A DNA stretch of 64,000 nt from Octopus vulgaris (GCA_951406725.2 OX597818.1:125178001-125242000), one strand, 5' to 3'. Counted from the stretch's first letter, positions 26,917-40,795 are shown. Program-made: numbers and translations. The notes: a model not told the origin generated them from the sequence alone.

Positions 26917-27964
26917 AATATTGTTCCTGAAAACATACTTAATTCAATCAATAACAACACAAGCAGCAGCAGCAGCAGTAGCAGCAACGACAACAACAAC
27001 AACAGAAATAAGACACCTGCCGTTAATACCTGGTCTTTAGTGTGTTGTTTCTGCAAGTCAAACATACATTAGTGCGCAATGAGCAGGAGCTAATAGTAGC
27101 GTAGCAGTGTGGTAAGCAGTTGGGTTTCTAGCCACTTAGTTCTGGGTTCAGTCCCACGGTGTGTGACACTGTAGCTTCGGGCAGACTAAAGCCTTGTGAG
27201 TGGATCTGGTAGGCGGAAACTGAAAGAAATCCGTCATATGTGTGTATGTGTGTGTGTGTGTGTATTTGTGTCTCTTTCTCCATATCATGCTTGACAGCCG
27301 GTGTTGGTTTGCTTACGTCCCCATAATTTAGCAGTTTAGCTAAGAGAACGGTAGAATAGTTCCAGTCTTCAAAAAAAAAAAGAAAAAAAAAAGAAAAAGA
27401 ACCGTGGTCAATTTGCTTGATACAAACCGCAACAAGTGCTTCTTTCAGTTTCCGACAACCAACTCAACCCACAAGGATTTTGTCAGCCCGTGGATATACT
27501 AGGAGACACTTGTCAAAGTGCTACGCGGTGGGACTGAACCCAGAACTATGTTCTCGTAGAGCAAACTTCTTACCGCACAACCACGCCTGCATCTGATAGG
27601 TTATATAAACGTGGATGTCGGAAATAAAACGATTGTTCAGTTTTTTTTTTTAATCAAGTTAGAATAAAACTCCTTATATATGCGTTTAAGTGGCCGAGTA
27701 CACCATAAACACTAATGCACTTAATGTAATTTTCAAGCAGAATATCCATGCCATTCTGTTACAAATTACCGGAATAACTCGTCCGATGGGATTCCAAGTA
27801 GTTTCCGTCTACCTAATTCACTCGCAGTATATGAAACAATTCAAAGCTATAGAAAGTGACACTTACCGAAGCTGCTGTGCAGCGGAATCGAAACAAGACC
27901 GCATTATTGCGAAGCACACTTCTTAACCATTCGGCCGTTCTTAAACGCACATACATATATATAC

Positions 27965-28354
27965 TTTTCTACTCTAGGTACAATGTCCGACATTTTGGGG
28001 AAGGGGCCCAGTCGATTAGAAGGACTCCAGTACGCAACTGGTACTTAATTTATCGAACCCGAAAGAATGAAAGGCAAAGTCGACCTCGGCGGAATTTGAA
28101 CTCAGAACGTAAAGACGAAATACCTATTTCTTTACTACCCACAAGGGGCTAAACACAGAGAGGACAAACAAGGACAGACAAACGGATTAAGTCGATTATA
28201 TCGACCTCAGTGCGTAACTGGTACTTATCTAATCGACCCCGAAAGGATGAAAGGCAAAGTCGAGCTCGGAGGAATTTGAACTCAGAACGTAGCGGCAGAC
28301 GAAATGCCGCTAAGCATTTTACCCGGCGCGCTACCGTTTCTGCCAACTTGCCGC
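27965..28354 (-). mobile_element. SINE family B, dimeric or chimeric
   Basis: Two core units, the distal one with a different tail. Confidence 0.8.
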
Positions 28355-28617
28355 TTTGCACATACATATATATACATATTTATCTGTAAGTATTTTTGTA
28401 TGTATGTATATTTTTTACTCTCGAGTCCTAAATGCAAAGTTGTTGACGTCAGCAGGATTTGAACTCATATCGTAAAGAGTCGGAAGAAATGCTGCTAAAC
28501 ATTTTGCCCGATTGGACCAAAAATCCTACCAGCACCCTATATATATGTGTGTGTGTGTGCGTGTGTGTGTGCGTGTGTGTGTGTGTGTGTTTGTGTGTGT
28601 ATACATATGTGTGTACG

Positions 28618-28664
<47 letters not shown>

Positions 28665-29198
28665 GTATATACGTATGTCTATATCTATCTACACGCATAT
28701 ACGTATGCATGCCTACATCTATAGATAAAATCGGGAGACAAGAAGAAAGAAAAACCTGTGAGGTGTTTTGAGTGACAAACCAGATATCTCAAGAACCTAC
28801 CACAAAGTCGTGTTACTTCAGCTGTGGGTTTTTTTCACCACTTCCGTTGATGTATTATACAACTGGAATTTAATGAAGCGCGAAAGATCGCCAGGGTGGT
28901 GTTGTGTGGTGTAGAATGGTGTTGTGGATGTAGGATGAATTAGGATGCAGAGATAGAAGAAAAGAAGGATTCTGGGAATGTCGTGTATGATATGTTTGTG
29001 TTTGAATATGTAGCGTATTGACTAAGCTTTTCAGTTTATGTATGTTAAGGATGTATGAATGTATGAACGTGTGTGTGTGTGTATGTATGTATGTATGTAT
29101 GTATGTATGTATGTATGTATGTATGTATGTATGTATGTATGCATGTATGTATTTGTGTGTTCATTAAATGATGATACAGATGCACGTATATATATATA

Positions 29199-30191
29199 TG
29201 AGGAGAAATCAAAAATTATCCGCACTTTCACCATAACATATCTTTATTATTGTCACACTCCTATCTGCGCATGCGTGCTTATAGTTGGTACTATTGTGGT
29301 CACGTGATCGAAGTTTGAGTCTGATCACACCATTTTTCTTTCTGGTTTTCAAGTGTAAGCAAGGCCACTCCACTATCAATGTGCACTAAGGTAGAACAAA
29401 GAGCAGTGATTTGATTTCTCTTGTCGGAAGGCCGAAAATCATCCACGATGAGCTTGGCTTGCATAAACTCTGTGCAAGATGGATGCCAAGAGAGCATACT
29501 GCAGAGCACAAGCGCAAACGTCTTGAGGCCTGCCACTCGATCGCTACAACAACGAACGCAAGGAATTTTGATGCAGAATAGTCGCAGGTGATGGATCGTG
29601 GGTCCATCATTATCAGGTAGAATCCAAATAAAAGAGTATGGAGTGGAAACATCCTGGCTCGCCGGCGACGAAATTCAAGACTCGGTCTTCTGTGGGAAAG
29701 GTGATGCTAACCTTTTCTTGGGTCTCAAAAAGGCCTATACTGGAAGTCTACCTGGGAAAGCGGTATGCGATCAACAGTGCAAGATACAGTACTTTGCTGG
29801 CCAACAAACTGAAGTCAGCAATTCACACCAAACGCTGAAGCCTATTGTCAAAGAAAGTTTTGTTGTTGCATCAAAATGCACGCTCATACACGGCCGCCCA
29901 GACCGTTGAAACCATTAACCAATTGTGCTAAAAGCTTCCGATGAATTTCAGCACCTCACACACCTTCCAAACGGAGAATCGGATCACTGTTTGTTGTACT
30001 TCTTTGGTGCACATTGTTAGTTGAGCGGTCGTGCTTACACTGTAAAGCCAGAAAGAAACGTAGCGCGATCAGACACAAATTTTGATCGCATGACCACAAA
30101 AGAACCAACTACAAGCACACATGTGCAGAAAGCAGGGCAATAACAAAAATATGTTATGCTGAAAGTGCGGATAATTTTTGATTTCCCCTTG
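29199..30191 (+). mobile_element. Internally deleted mariner with long (~130 bp) TIRs
   Basis: TA-TGAGGAGAAATCAAAAATTATCCGCACTTTC / GAAAGTGCGGATAATTTTTGATTTCCCCTTG-TA; peptides IVAGDGSWVHHY and MEWKHPGSPATKFK...SVGKVMLTFSW. Confidence 0.88.
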
Positions 30192-30299
30192 TATATACAA
30201 ATATCGACTATATATATATGCCTAAACATATACATATATAATATATAGCATATAATACTATTGACTGCATACTTAGGCATAAGGCCAGTAATTTCGTGG

Positions 30300-30861
30300 A
30301 TACTCTAGTAATCAAGTGGTACTTAATTTCTCGACCCCTAAAAGCTGAAAGGCAAAGTCGACGTCGGCGAAATTTGAACTCAGAACGTAGCGACGGGCGA
30401 AATACCTATTTCTTTACTTCCCACAAGGGGCTAAACACAGAGGGGACAAACAAGGACAGACAAACGGATTAAGTCGATTACATCGACCCCAGTGCATAAC
30501 TGGTACTTAATTTATCGATCCCAAAAGGATGAAAGGCAAAGTCGACCTCGGCGGAATTTGAACTCAGAACGTAACGGCAGACGAAATACCGCTAAGCATT
30601 TCATCGAGCACGCTAAAGATTCTGCCAGTTCGCCGCCTTAATAATAATAATAATAATAATAATTTTTTTTGGCACAAGGTTAACAATTTCGGGTGAGGGA
30701 GTAAATCGATTACATCGACTCCAGTGGTACTTATTTTATCGACCCCGAAAATATGAAAGGCAAAGTGAACCTCGGCAGATTTTGAACTCAGAACGTAAAG
30801 ACGTACGAAATGCCGTGAAGCATCTTGTCAGGCGCGGTAACGACTCTGCCAGCTCGCCGCT
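30300..30861 (-). mobile_element. Two adjacent SINE family B copies (dimer plus older monomer)
   Basis: Family B cores at ~30320, ~30510 and ~30735; heads end ~30637 and ~30861. Confidence 0.8.
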
Positions 30862-31087
30862 TTAAGCCATCACGCCAATAATATGTGTATACATATATAA
30901 TGTATAAAATTTCACACACACACACACACATACACACACATATATATAGAGAGAGAGAGAGAAAGAGAGAGAGAGATGTAGTTTATACATACACACTCAT
31001 ACATATGCATATATATATATTTATGTACATCTGTCTGTAAATATATATACATGTTTCTCTCTCTCTCTCTCTCTGTATGTATGTGTA

Positions 31088-31152
<65 letters not shown>

Positions 31153-32832
31153 AGCTTTGTAACATATGATCATACTTCCCATGCACGAAAGTGGAACCAT
31201 CACATCTGTACCTTGACTTCAATGGTATTTAAAGAGTTTTTTTGTCCCTCTTCCTGATAAAAATCTACATAAATTCATCTCTCCACCTAGAATTGCATAA
31301 ATATCATTTCCAGGTGGTGGAACCAATCCTGTGATGACCAGATTTTTTTTTATTCATTTATTTCTTTATTTATCTATTTATTCGTTCATTTATTTATTTC
31401 ATTTTTTTTTTGTCAAAGCATCAGGAAATTTATTTTACATGATAACGATCTTTACTGACCTAAATAAATAAAGAAAGAAAGGAAGAAAGAAATATGAAAC
31501 ATACACACAAATAAATAAAGATGTAAATTATTAAATTATCAACGGCACTGAACATCAATCTTTTTCAATTTTTGAATCATTATAGCATTGGAAAAAAAAA
31601 TTATAACGTTCTTAGTTCAAATTTTACCGGTGTCATCTTCCACTTTCATTCTTTCGGGGTCGATAAAATATAATACTAGTCAAGCAGTTGGGCCTATGAT
31701 AATGAGTAAAACCTTCCTCTCTCAAAAATGGTGACTTTTGTGTCTAGATCAGTAATTATTATTTGCTACACTGATGATAAAAGGAATATACTCGTAGCTT
31801 TTTCAAAGAGTTTTCGTTTTATGTACCTTGTTTATAGATAAATGAATTAAATTTCTATCACTTTGTACGCATACTTATTTTGAATTCTTGAAGTTGTATG
31901 AATTATACGTGTATATATGGTTTATTTTGTACATTTTATCTGAGTATACAGATGTATCTATGTGGTTGGACAGTCCAGTTATGCGGGATTTGACGGATGC
32001 GTATACGGATGCAAGGATTTTAATTGCTTCTGGGCACAATAATTGCACAAACTCGAAATTTTCTGGGGAGCGTTCGTCGATATCATCGACAACAGTACTT
32101 GATCGGTACTTTTATTTTATCGATCCTGAAAGGATGAAAGTTTACCCAAGCGTAATTTGAACTCAGAACGTAAAAGAACTCAAAACTAAATACAGCAATC
32201 TAGAACCCTAAATAGACTTATAATAATGATTTCTAATCTAGAAAAATGACCGGCAAGGGAAGGGGCTCAGACGATTACATCGATCCTAGTGCTTGACTGA
32301 TAGTTTATTTTATTCGCCCCTGAAAGATGAAAGGTAAACTCGACCCCGGTGAAACGTAAGCTCTGACACGATAAACAACGTGCTTTACGGTATTTAGTTA
32401 AGGACATTTATTTTCTGAGTTTAAAGCACATGAAATGGGTGGAGGTGGGGTGTGACTTTATTTTTCATTCTGCGAAGTTTGATAAATTACAGTAGCAGTT
32501 TCAGTATGAGCTGAAATTGTTGTCTCCTAATTTTCGTTCAACAAGAGGGCACGGCTGAGAATCCCGAATAAATCTTCTTAATATTGTTGGAGGATAAAAA
32601 AAAAAAAGAACCTCCAATGTATCGATACCAGTTATTATTAGATTTGAGCAATTCCACACACGCGATGTTCCCTAGCAAACAGTTATTACAAGGGAGATAG
32701 TCATTTCTTCACAATCTTTGGCAGGATCAGAAGTTTGGATTTGAAATTAAGGAATAAGAAAAATAGATGCATAGAATACAAAATTATTTTTACTCTTTTC
32801 TCTGAACGAAGTTCTTAAATTTTCTAGTCAGA

Positions 32833-33156
32833 TGCAGGAGTAGCTGTGTTGCTTCCCAACCACATGGTTCCGGGTTCAGTCCCACTGCGTGGAATCTTGG
32901 GCAAGTGTCTTCTAGTACAGCCTCGGGCCGACCAAAACCTTATGAGTGGATTTCGTAGACGGAAACTAAAAGAAGCCCATTATATATATATATATATGTC
33001 TGTGTGTCTGTGCTTGTCCCTCCTCATCACTTGACAACCGATGTCCCTGTAACTTAATGGTTCGGCAAAAGAGACTGATAGAATAAGTACTAAGCTTACA
33101 AAGAATAAGCTCCAGCATGGCCGCAGTCAAACGACTGAAACAAGAGTAAAAGAGTA
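32833..33156 (+). mobile_element. SINE family A with deletions
   Basis: Head, body and tail homology. Confidence 0.8.
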
Positions 33157-33522
33157 ATAATCACTCGTATAGCACTATTTCATTCTTTTTAGAAATCATC
33201 AGCTTAACATAATCCGAAGAATATTCTTTTCTACTCAAGGCACAAGGCCCGAAATTTTGGGGGAGGGGGCCAGACGATTAGATGAACTCCAGTACGTAAC
33301 TGGTATTTAATTCATCGACCCTGGAAAGGGTGTAAGGCAAAGTCGACTTCAGCGGAATTTGAACTCAGAACGAAAAAAATCCAACGAAATACTGCTAAGC
33401 ATTTCGCCTGGAGCGCTTACGTTCCAGCCAGCTCTCCGTCTTATAACCCGAAGTGTATCAATTAAAGATCTAAGGAATTGATATATTTCTTATAAATAGA
33501 AAATATTTATAATATTTATAAT

Positions 33523-33748
33523 AGGCTGTGTGGTAAGTAGCTTGCTTTCGAACCACATGGTTCCGGGTTCAGTCCCATTGCGTGGCACCTTGGGCAAGTG
33601 TCTTCTACTATAGCCTCGGGCCGACCAAAGCCTTGTGAGTGGATCTGGTAGACGGAAACTGAAAGAAGCCCGTATATATATGTATGTGTGTGTGTATGTT
33701 TGTGTGTCTGTGTTTGTCTCTCCAACATCGCTTGACAAGCGATGCTGG
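33523..33748 (+). mobile_element. SINE family A, 3'-truncated
   Basis: Head and body homology. Confidence 0.8.
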
Positions 33749-33908
33749 ACTAGGATGTGATTGATGCCTTCTAATGGTCAGCGGCTACACAGACATCCTT
33801 GCTCTTCCTGTTGTTTCTAAGCTCTACTTTTATCATTTGAAAAAAATAAAAGGTTTCTCAGGATACCTGTGTCAGGGTTGAGATGACTCAAGTATAGTGT
33901 GCGCAAGA

Positions 33909-34278
33909 GGAGGCGCAATGGCCCAGTGGTTAGGGCAGCGGACTCGCGGTTTCGATTCCCAGACCGGGCGTTGTGAGTGTTTTTTTGAGCGAAAACACCT
34001 AAAGCTCCACGAGGCTCCGGCAGGGGATGGTGGTGATCCCTGCTGTACTCTTTCACCACAACTTTCTCTCACTCTTACTTCCTGTTTCTGTTGTACCTGT
34101 ATTTCAAGGGGCCGGCCTTGTCACTCTCTGTGTCACGCTGAATATCCCCGAGAACTACGTTAAGGGTACACGTGTCTGTGGAGTGCTCAGCCACTTACAC
34201 GTTAATTTCACGAGCAGGCTGTTCCGTTGATCGGATCAACCGGAACCCTCATCGTCGTAATCGACGGAGTGCTTCCAC
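33909..34278 (+). mobile_element. tRNA-derived SINE family C
   Basis: GGAGGCGCAATGGCCCAGTGGTTAGGGC head, GTTTCGATTCC B-box-like; 13-bp TSD AGTGTGCGCAAGA (33896-33908 / 34279-34291). Confidence 0.92.
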
Positions 34279-34827
34279 AGTGTGCGCAAGATCCCTCATA
34301 TGCAATATCTTTATCCTGTTTACTTGATATGATTACATCTCTTATTTTTAAATTCTTTATCCAGAAAATGTATCCACTTTAAATGGCTTCTACTTGTACT
34401 CCAATCTTACGTTACATAACTTCCTTCATTTCCACTCCGTTAATATTTACTGAATTTTCATTTACTGGATTGCAATAGGTTGTTCAATCGTTACGCTGTC
34501 AAGGGTTGCCAGATTAGGCCTTAATTAACGGATTACCATACTTTTTAGAAATTTAATAAAAATTGGGGCTAATTAGCACTTTAAATTTTTTATAGGTAAG
34601 TATCCTATCGAATGTCATGTTTACTTATCAACAAATAAGAACCAGTCGACAGGAAATCTTGAGCGTGTATATATATATATGTATATATGTATGTATGTAT
34701 GTATATATATATGTATGTATGTATGTATTTTATGTATATATATATGTGTATATATATGTATGTATATAATGTATATATATATATGTATATATGTATATAT
34801 ATGTATATATATATATATATGCATATA

Positions 34828-34885
<58 letters not shown>

Positions 34886-34920
34886 CATGCATATATTTCT
34901 GTGTGTATGTGCGTGTCTGC

Positions 34921-34970
<50 letters not shown>

Positions 34971-35352
34971 TCTTTTATTCTTTTACGTGTTTCAGTCATT
35001 TGACTGCAGTCATGATGGAACACGGAATTAGTCGAACATGTCCACGCTAGGACTTATTCTTTGTAAGCCTAATACTTATTCTATCGGGCTCTTTCGCCGA
35101 ACAGCTAAGTTACGGGAACGTAAACACACTAAAATCGGTTATTCAACGATGGTGAGGAGGGGACAATCACCGACACAAATATATACAATTATATACGACA
35201 GGCTTCTTTCAGTTTCCATCAGCCAAATCCATTCACATGGCTTTGGTCAGCCCGAGGCAATAATAGAGGTCACTTGCGTAATGTGCGACGTTGTGGGACT
35301 GAACCCAGAACCATGTGGTCGGGAAGTAAGCTTCTTACCACACAGCCACGCC
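34971..35352 (-). mobile_element. SINE family A, diverged
   Basis: Reverse-complement homology. Confidence 0.75.
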
Positions 35353-35408
35353 TATATATATATACACATACATAAATACATACAAACATACATACACACA
35401 CACATATG

Positions 35409-35491
<83 letters not shown>

Positions 35492-35793
35492 AATAATTAA
35501 GATTCAGTTGAATTAAGTACTTAAGTTGAGGCACCAAGTCAGTCCAGTATTATCCGCACAGCTCGAAGGTGAATAAAAATCAAATAGGTAACAAGGACGT
35601 CAAGTTATTAGTACATTACGGCCGTTTCAGGCGGCTCCATTTAATCGAACAATGCAAGCGTTACATCAAATCGAAATATACTGCCTTCTTCGGATACATA
35701 AGACTATATAGGATACTCCATTATAAGTTTTGCTAAAAATTATAATGCAATATCCTGTATGTTGAAAATCTATGCAGCCTTATAAATAAATAA

Positions 35794-35857
<64 letters not shown>

Positions 35858-36106
35858 TTCCATCGGATGGGTACCAGCTGTAATTCGAAGGTCCAACTTT
35901 ATGACATTTATCACACTCATCCAGCCTGATAAATAATTGAGTGCACATGTTTTTTTATAGATTACTCAGCCACTTTATAGTAATATTATGAATATATTGT
36001 CTGTTTGAAGGACTGTCTGTGTGTGTGTGTGCGTTGAATGGTAATGGCGGGAAGAAAACGAAAAAGTCAGACATGTTTATCAGAGTAATAATTAAAAAGA
36101 CAAGAA

Positions 36107-36522
36107 GGCGGCGAGTTGGCAGAAACGTTAGCACGCCGGGCGAAATGCTTAGCGGTATTTCGTCTGCCGTTACGTTCTGAGTTCAAACTCCGCCGAGGTC
36201 GACTTTGCCTTTCATCCTTTCGGGGTCGATAAATTAAGTACGAGTTACGCACTGGGGTCGATGTAATCAACTTAATCCGTTTGTTTGTCCTTGTTCGTCC
36301 CCTCTGTGTTTAGCCCCTTGTGGGTAGTAAAGAAATAGGTATTTCGTCTGCCGCTACGTTCTGAGTTCAAATTCCGCCGAGGTTGACTTTGCCTTTCATC
36401 CTTTCGGGGTCGATTAAATAAGTACCAGTTACGCACTGGGGTCGATATTATCAACTTATTCCGTTTGTCTGTCCTTGTTTGTCCTCTCTGTGTTTAGCTC
36501 CTTGTGGGCAATAAAGAAATAA
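36107..36522 (+). mobile_element. SINE family B, dimeric
   Basis: Head plus units starting at 36154 and 36338 (184-bp period). Confidence 0.92.
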
Positions 36523-38131
36523 GAAAGGCTGGATTTGTAGTGGGCTATCTTATAATAACTTGTGAGAGAGACAGAGAAATTTAATTTAGAAACCCTGTTA
36601 AAATGTAATAGGGTTCAGAACGATGCAGTTGGTGAAATTGCTTAAGCATATACAGAAATGTGGAATAGATCTTTAGGGTCAACGTGGCGAAACGTATCAG
36701 TCATCTTTTCACCGTTATTATCTTTGTCACCATAGTCATAATCATCATCTTCATCATCTTCAACCTCTCGTCCGCTTTCTTCATGCTCCCTCATCCTCCT
36801 CCTACTTTTCCTTCATCTTCCCCTCTCTCTTCACTACATCATCGTCATCATCAACTCACCACTATCTATCGACTACAACTTGAAGCTGCGTGAGACACAA
36901 TAATGATGATCGAAGCATCACATTTCCCAGCCTATAAACATTGCCCTAATTTAATTATCCGTCACAGCGCTACTGTTCTCAATCAGAGTTTTCACAATGC
37001 TTCTGGCAAACACATCCTTCCCGTGAACAAAACTATCATCTGGGATGATAGTTTCGTTGACGGGCAACTCTACGTATGTCGGATTGTGTCCGACAAATTG
37101 CAGTCCTGCTATTTCGTTAGCCAACCGGAAAAGATCACTTCCGCCCTCCAGTTAATGCTGAAAGTCACCTCTTGCACCCATGTAAAGCAACCACTGAAAG
37201 ATTTGACCATGACCTACGCGTAGTGAGTTGTACACAAAAAAGAGAAAAAGTGATGAGAAAAGGAGTGACAAATAGGATGGGAGTGGTGGGTGGAGATAGC
37301 ACGAGGCAACAGAGTTCCGAGGAACAGGGAGAATTATGGTACAGTAGAAAAAGCACTTCGAAGAGACAGCACACTCGTGGTCACAGGATAGAATATATCC
37401 ATCAATATATATCAATATCCACCAATGAGTTAATGCTAGTCGATAAGGTAGCCCTTTCCTAGATATCTGTGTATGCAGCAGCGGTTACAACCCCATCTGT
37501 GAGAGTAATACACCATGGTAGTCCTCTTCTGAGTTTTTTTTTTTTTTTTTTTACAATATCAATAATTACTGGAGGTTGATATATTTCCGGGACCTGTAGA
37601 AAAGGATCAGTCGTTGGGACGTTGCCCTAGTTATATTAAGAATGTACTTTCGTCAATGAAAGCTCAAATTTCATATCCGTAAAATCCGTGATTTCCTGCT
37701 TCTTTTTTTTTTTATATATATATTGTTCTAGTTGTCGCATATTGAAAAATTGTTTCTTGAAATCTTTCTTGATAAACTTTGTTTTTTAATTTCTCAAACA
37801 TTTATTTAATTTAAATTTATTTAACACCTTTTTTAAGGTTCTGTACCTTTTTTATACTTTATTGTTATTTTCTGTTTGTATATTATTAGAAAGAAGAGAG
37901 TGTTTCCTAAATCTCCTTCCTGGCCTAAAGTAGTGGAAACAGCGACATCTAAAGGAAGGAAACGCATTGAAGGAAACGCATCTCTAATTTCTCTTAGATT
38001 GAGATGAAAGAGGAAGAAGAGAAAAAAGTAAAGAAAGTAAAGAATTTTGTGAATGATTTATGTAGACGAATGCAAATGACGCCATTAAGTACTAATTCAT
38101 TGTTTTCTATGACACATGCATACATATGAAC

Positions 38132-38169
<38 letters not shown>

Positions 38170-38369
38170 CAATACTAAGCCCAACCACACACATAGATTA
38201 ACAACTACAACCACACACACACGTGCTATCATTGCACACATATACACATACACACACACGCATACGCAGACCTGCGCCCACGCACATATCCACACTTACA
38301 CACGCTTACCTCCTCTTGCACTCTCCTGTCTTTGAAAGAACTTTTTCTTAGCCATTCTCATCCGGTCAT

Positions 38370-38578
38370 TCAAAATGTGACCGCGCGTGTACCGTTGGCG
38401 ATTTTTTTCCTCCGTCTTCCCTTCTTTGGATCTTTCCTTTTCCTAGGTTTCTGACGAAGAGCTCCGCTCGAAACGTTAAACCATCCTTCTTTCCTTCTTT
38501 CCTGAGCGTCCAATAATACTATACTTGTTCCACGTCCTCGCGTTGGTGTGTTTTCTCTTTGTGTTTTCATGTTTGGAT

Positions 38579-38583
<5 letters not shown>
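38370..38583 (+). mobile_element. Penelope-like terminal module P1
   Basis: Homologous to 8184-8385, 17880-18070 and 40615-40795; ends GGATTAAC(TA)n. Confidence 0.72.
38446..38482 (+). ncRNA. Minimal type I hammerhead ribozyme motif
   Basis: GGTTT-CTGACGA-A-GAGC-TCC-GCTC-GAAAC-GTT-AAACC; helix I GGTTT/AAACC; loop-less palindromic helix III (ACGT). Confidence 0.75.
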
Positions 38584-38640
<57 letters not shown>

Positions 38641-38645
<5 letters not shown>

Positions 38646-38976
38646 ATAGTTATCGCCATACTAATATGGCATTCTTATAAAAATAAGAAAAAGCTGTCCG
38701 CTTATTAGCTCCATGAGGCCATCGCCTTAAGTTAGCTATTTGATACACAAACTGTATCCATATAACCTTCGAACAAGGGAGGTCAGTCGCTCCACACTAC
38801 TTGACCGGCAGCTAAGTAGTGTGGAGCGACTGACCTCCCTTGTTCGAAGGTTATATGGATACAGTTTGTGTATCAAATAGCTAACTTAAGGCGATGGCCT
38901 CATGGAGCTAATAAGCGGACAGTTTTTTTCTTATTTTTATAAGAATGCCATATTAGTATGGCGATAACTATTATTT
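38641..38976. repeat. Long inverted repeat (~162-bp arms, 11-bp spacer) abutting (TA)n
   Basis: 38641-38802 is the reverse complement of 38814-38976, differing only in an A/T run. Confidence 0.97.
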
Positions 38977-39075
38977 TCCGGGAACGCTGCCGCTCTTCTC
39001 TTTTAGAGAGACTTAGTAATTTTAATATTTCTATTATATATATATACATATATATATATACATATATGTATATAT

Positions 39076-39187
<112 letters not shown>

Positions 39188-39929
39188 CTAATGACGGGTA
39201 CTAGAGAAAGCACCAGTATGCTAAAATAGCAGAGACGACTTAAAATCACGCATTTTCTCTAATACACAAAGGTAAAATCGGGAGAATGGGCAAAATAACC
39301 CTAAGGCCCCATACAAATGACGAAAGAAAATCGAAAAATTGAAAAGCCAGACACACCCGTATTGCAGCAATTTCAAACTTTGTGAAAACATCACTTGGTC
39401 ATCCCCAGCGAGTCTTACATAGAGCTTTCCTGTCTCAACCACTGTGTGTGATGACCGTTTTTAATACCACAGCAAATTTAAAAAGGTGATCGAAGTGAAT
39501 AAAAATCATAAAAAAATATATCAGGACATTGTTTACAACAATATCAGTGGCTTAGCATGCGTAAAAAACCATAGAGGTAAATAATTATTAATTAATAATG
39601 AAAGTTGCTAGAGATAGCACCAGCATGCTAAAATAACTGTCAGAAACGACTTAAAACCACAAATGTTCACTAATACACAAAGCTGAAGACGGGGGAATGG
39701 GCAATAACTCTAAGACCCCAATGGGCAAAACACTAGAAAATCTATGCAGAAATCCATCACACATACAATAAATGATAAAATTTAGCAGGACTTAATGGTT
39801 GCACGTTTTTTAAAACTGGACACAAATTTTATCAGTTATAACAGTATTTCCATGATGCTCTGTTACTCACTGTAAAGCATGCGATTAACACGCCAATATT
39901 ACCATACTTTTATTTTAATATTGTGACCG

Positions 39930-40029
39930 NNNNNNNNNNNNNNNNNNNNNNNNNNNNNNNNNNNNNNNNNNNNNNNNNNNNNNNNNNNNNNNNNNNNNNN
40001 NNNNNNNNNNNNNNNNNNNNNNNNNNNNN
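39930..40029. other. Assembly gap (100 N)
   Basis: Run of N. Confidence 1.
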
Positions 40030-40220
40030 GATTTAAATTTAAGCGTTCACTTCCGAACTAACTAACTCACTCTGTGAGAGCCTCAGTTCAAATCGCACGT
40101 GCCTTGAATGGGCTGGAGTATTTCTATTTTGGATGTATTTGGGGTACTTAGTTGTGCCCATGACTTAGTATTTGCTTCTTCCATGGGTATGAGTATCTCA
40201 TTTATTTCTTTTGCCACATG

Positions 40221-40279
40221 TATCACTGACGAAGAGAGGGCTCTTAGTAGCTAACTCTGAAATCGGTCCGATATGGTAA
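40221..40279 (+). ncRNA. Type I hammerhead ribozyme motif
   Basis: TATCA-CTGACGA-AGAG...CTCT-GAAA-TCGGTCCG-ATA-TGGTA. Confidence 0.6.
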
Positions 40280-40421
40280 TAATGGAATTTTTTAGAAATT
40301 TCTGTCGGCCTTTTTTTGAGTAGCGTGCGTATTGCGAAAAAATTATATGGTTAATGGACAATATGTCCAATTTTTCGGCATATTTGGCATTAGAAATTTT
40401 TTCCTTTGCCCTCATTTATGA

Positions 40422-40457
<36 letters not shown>

Positions 40458-40614
40458 TTATATGTATCTTATGATCAACGGAACAGCCTGCTCCTGAAAT
40501 GAACGCGCAAGTAGCTGAGCAACCCACAGACACGAATACCCTCATTTTTGCCAGCTGAGTGGGCTGGAGCAACATATATATATATATATATAGCTGAAAT
40601 TTATAGAAAAACAA

Positions 40615-40795
40615 ATTTTTTTTTCTCTGTCTTCCCTTCTCTGGATCTTTCCTTTTCCTATGTTTCCGACGAAGAGCTCCGCTCGAAACGTTAAACTCTC
40701 CTTCTTTCCTTCTTTCCTGAGCGTCCAATAATACTATATTTGTTCCACGTCCTCGCGTTGTTGTGTTTTTTTGTGCTTTCTTGTTTGGATTAACT
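40615..40795 (+). mobile_element. Penelope-like terminal module P1, hammerhead-like motif 40662-40696
   Basis: GTTT-CCGACGA-AGAGCTCCGCTC-GAAAC-GTT-AAAC; ends GGATTAAC(TA)n. Confidence 0.7.
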
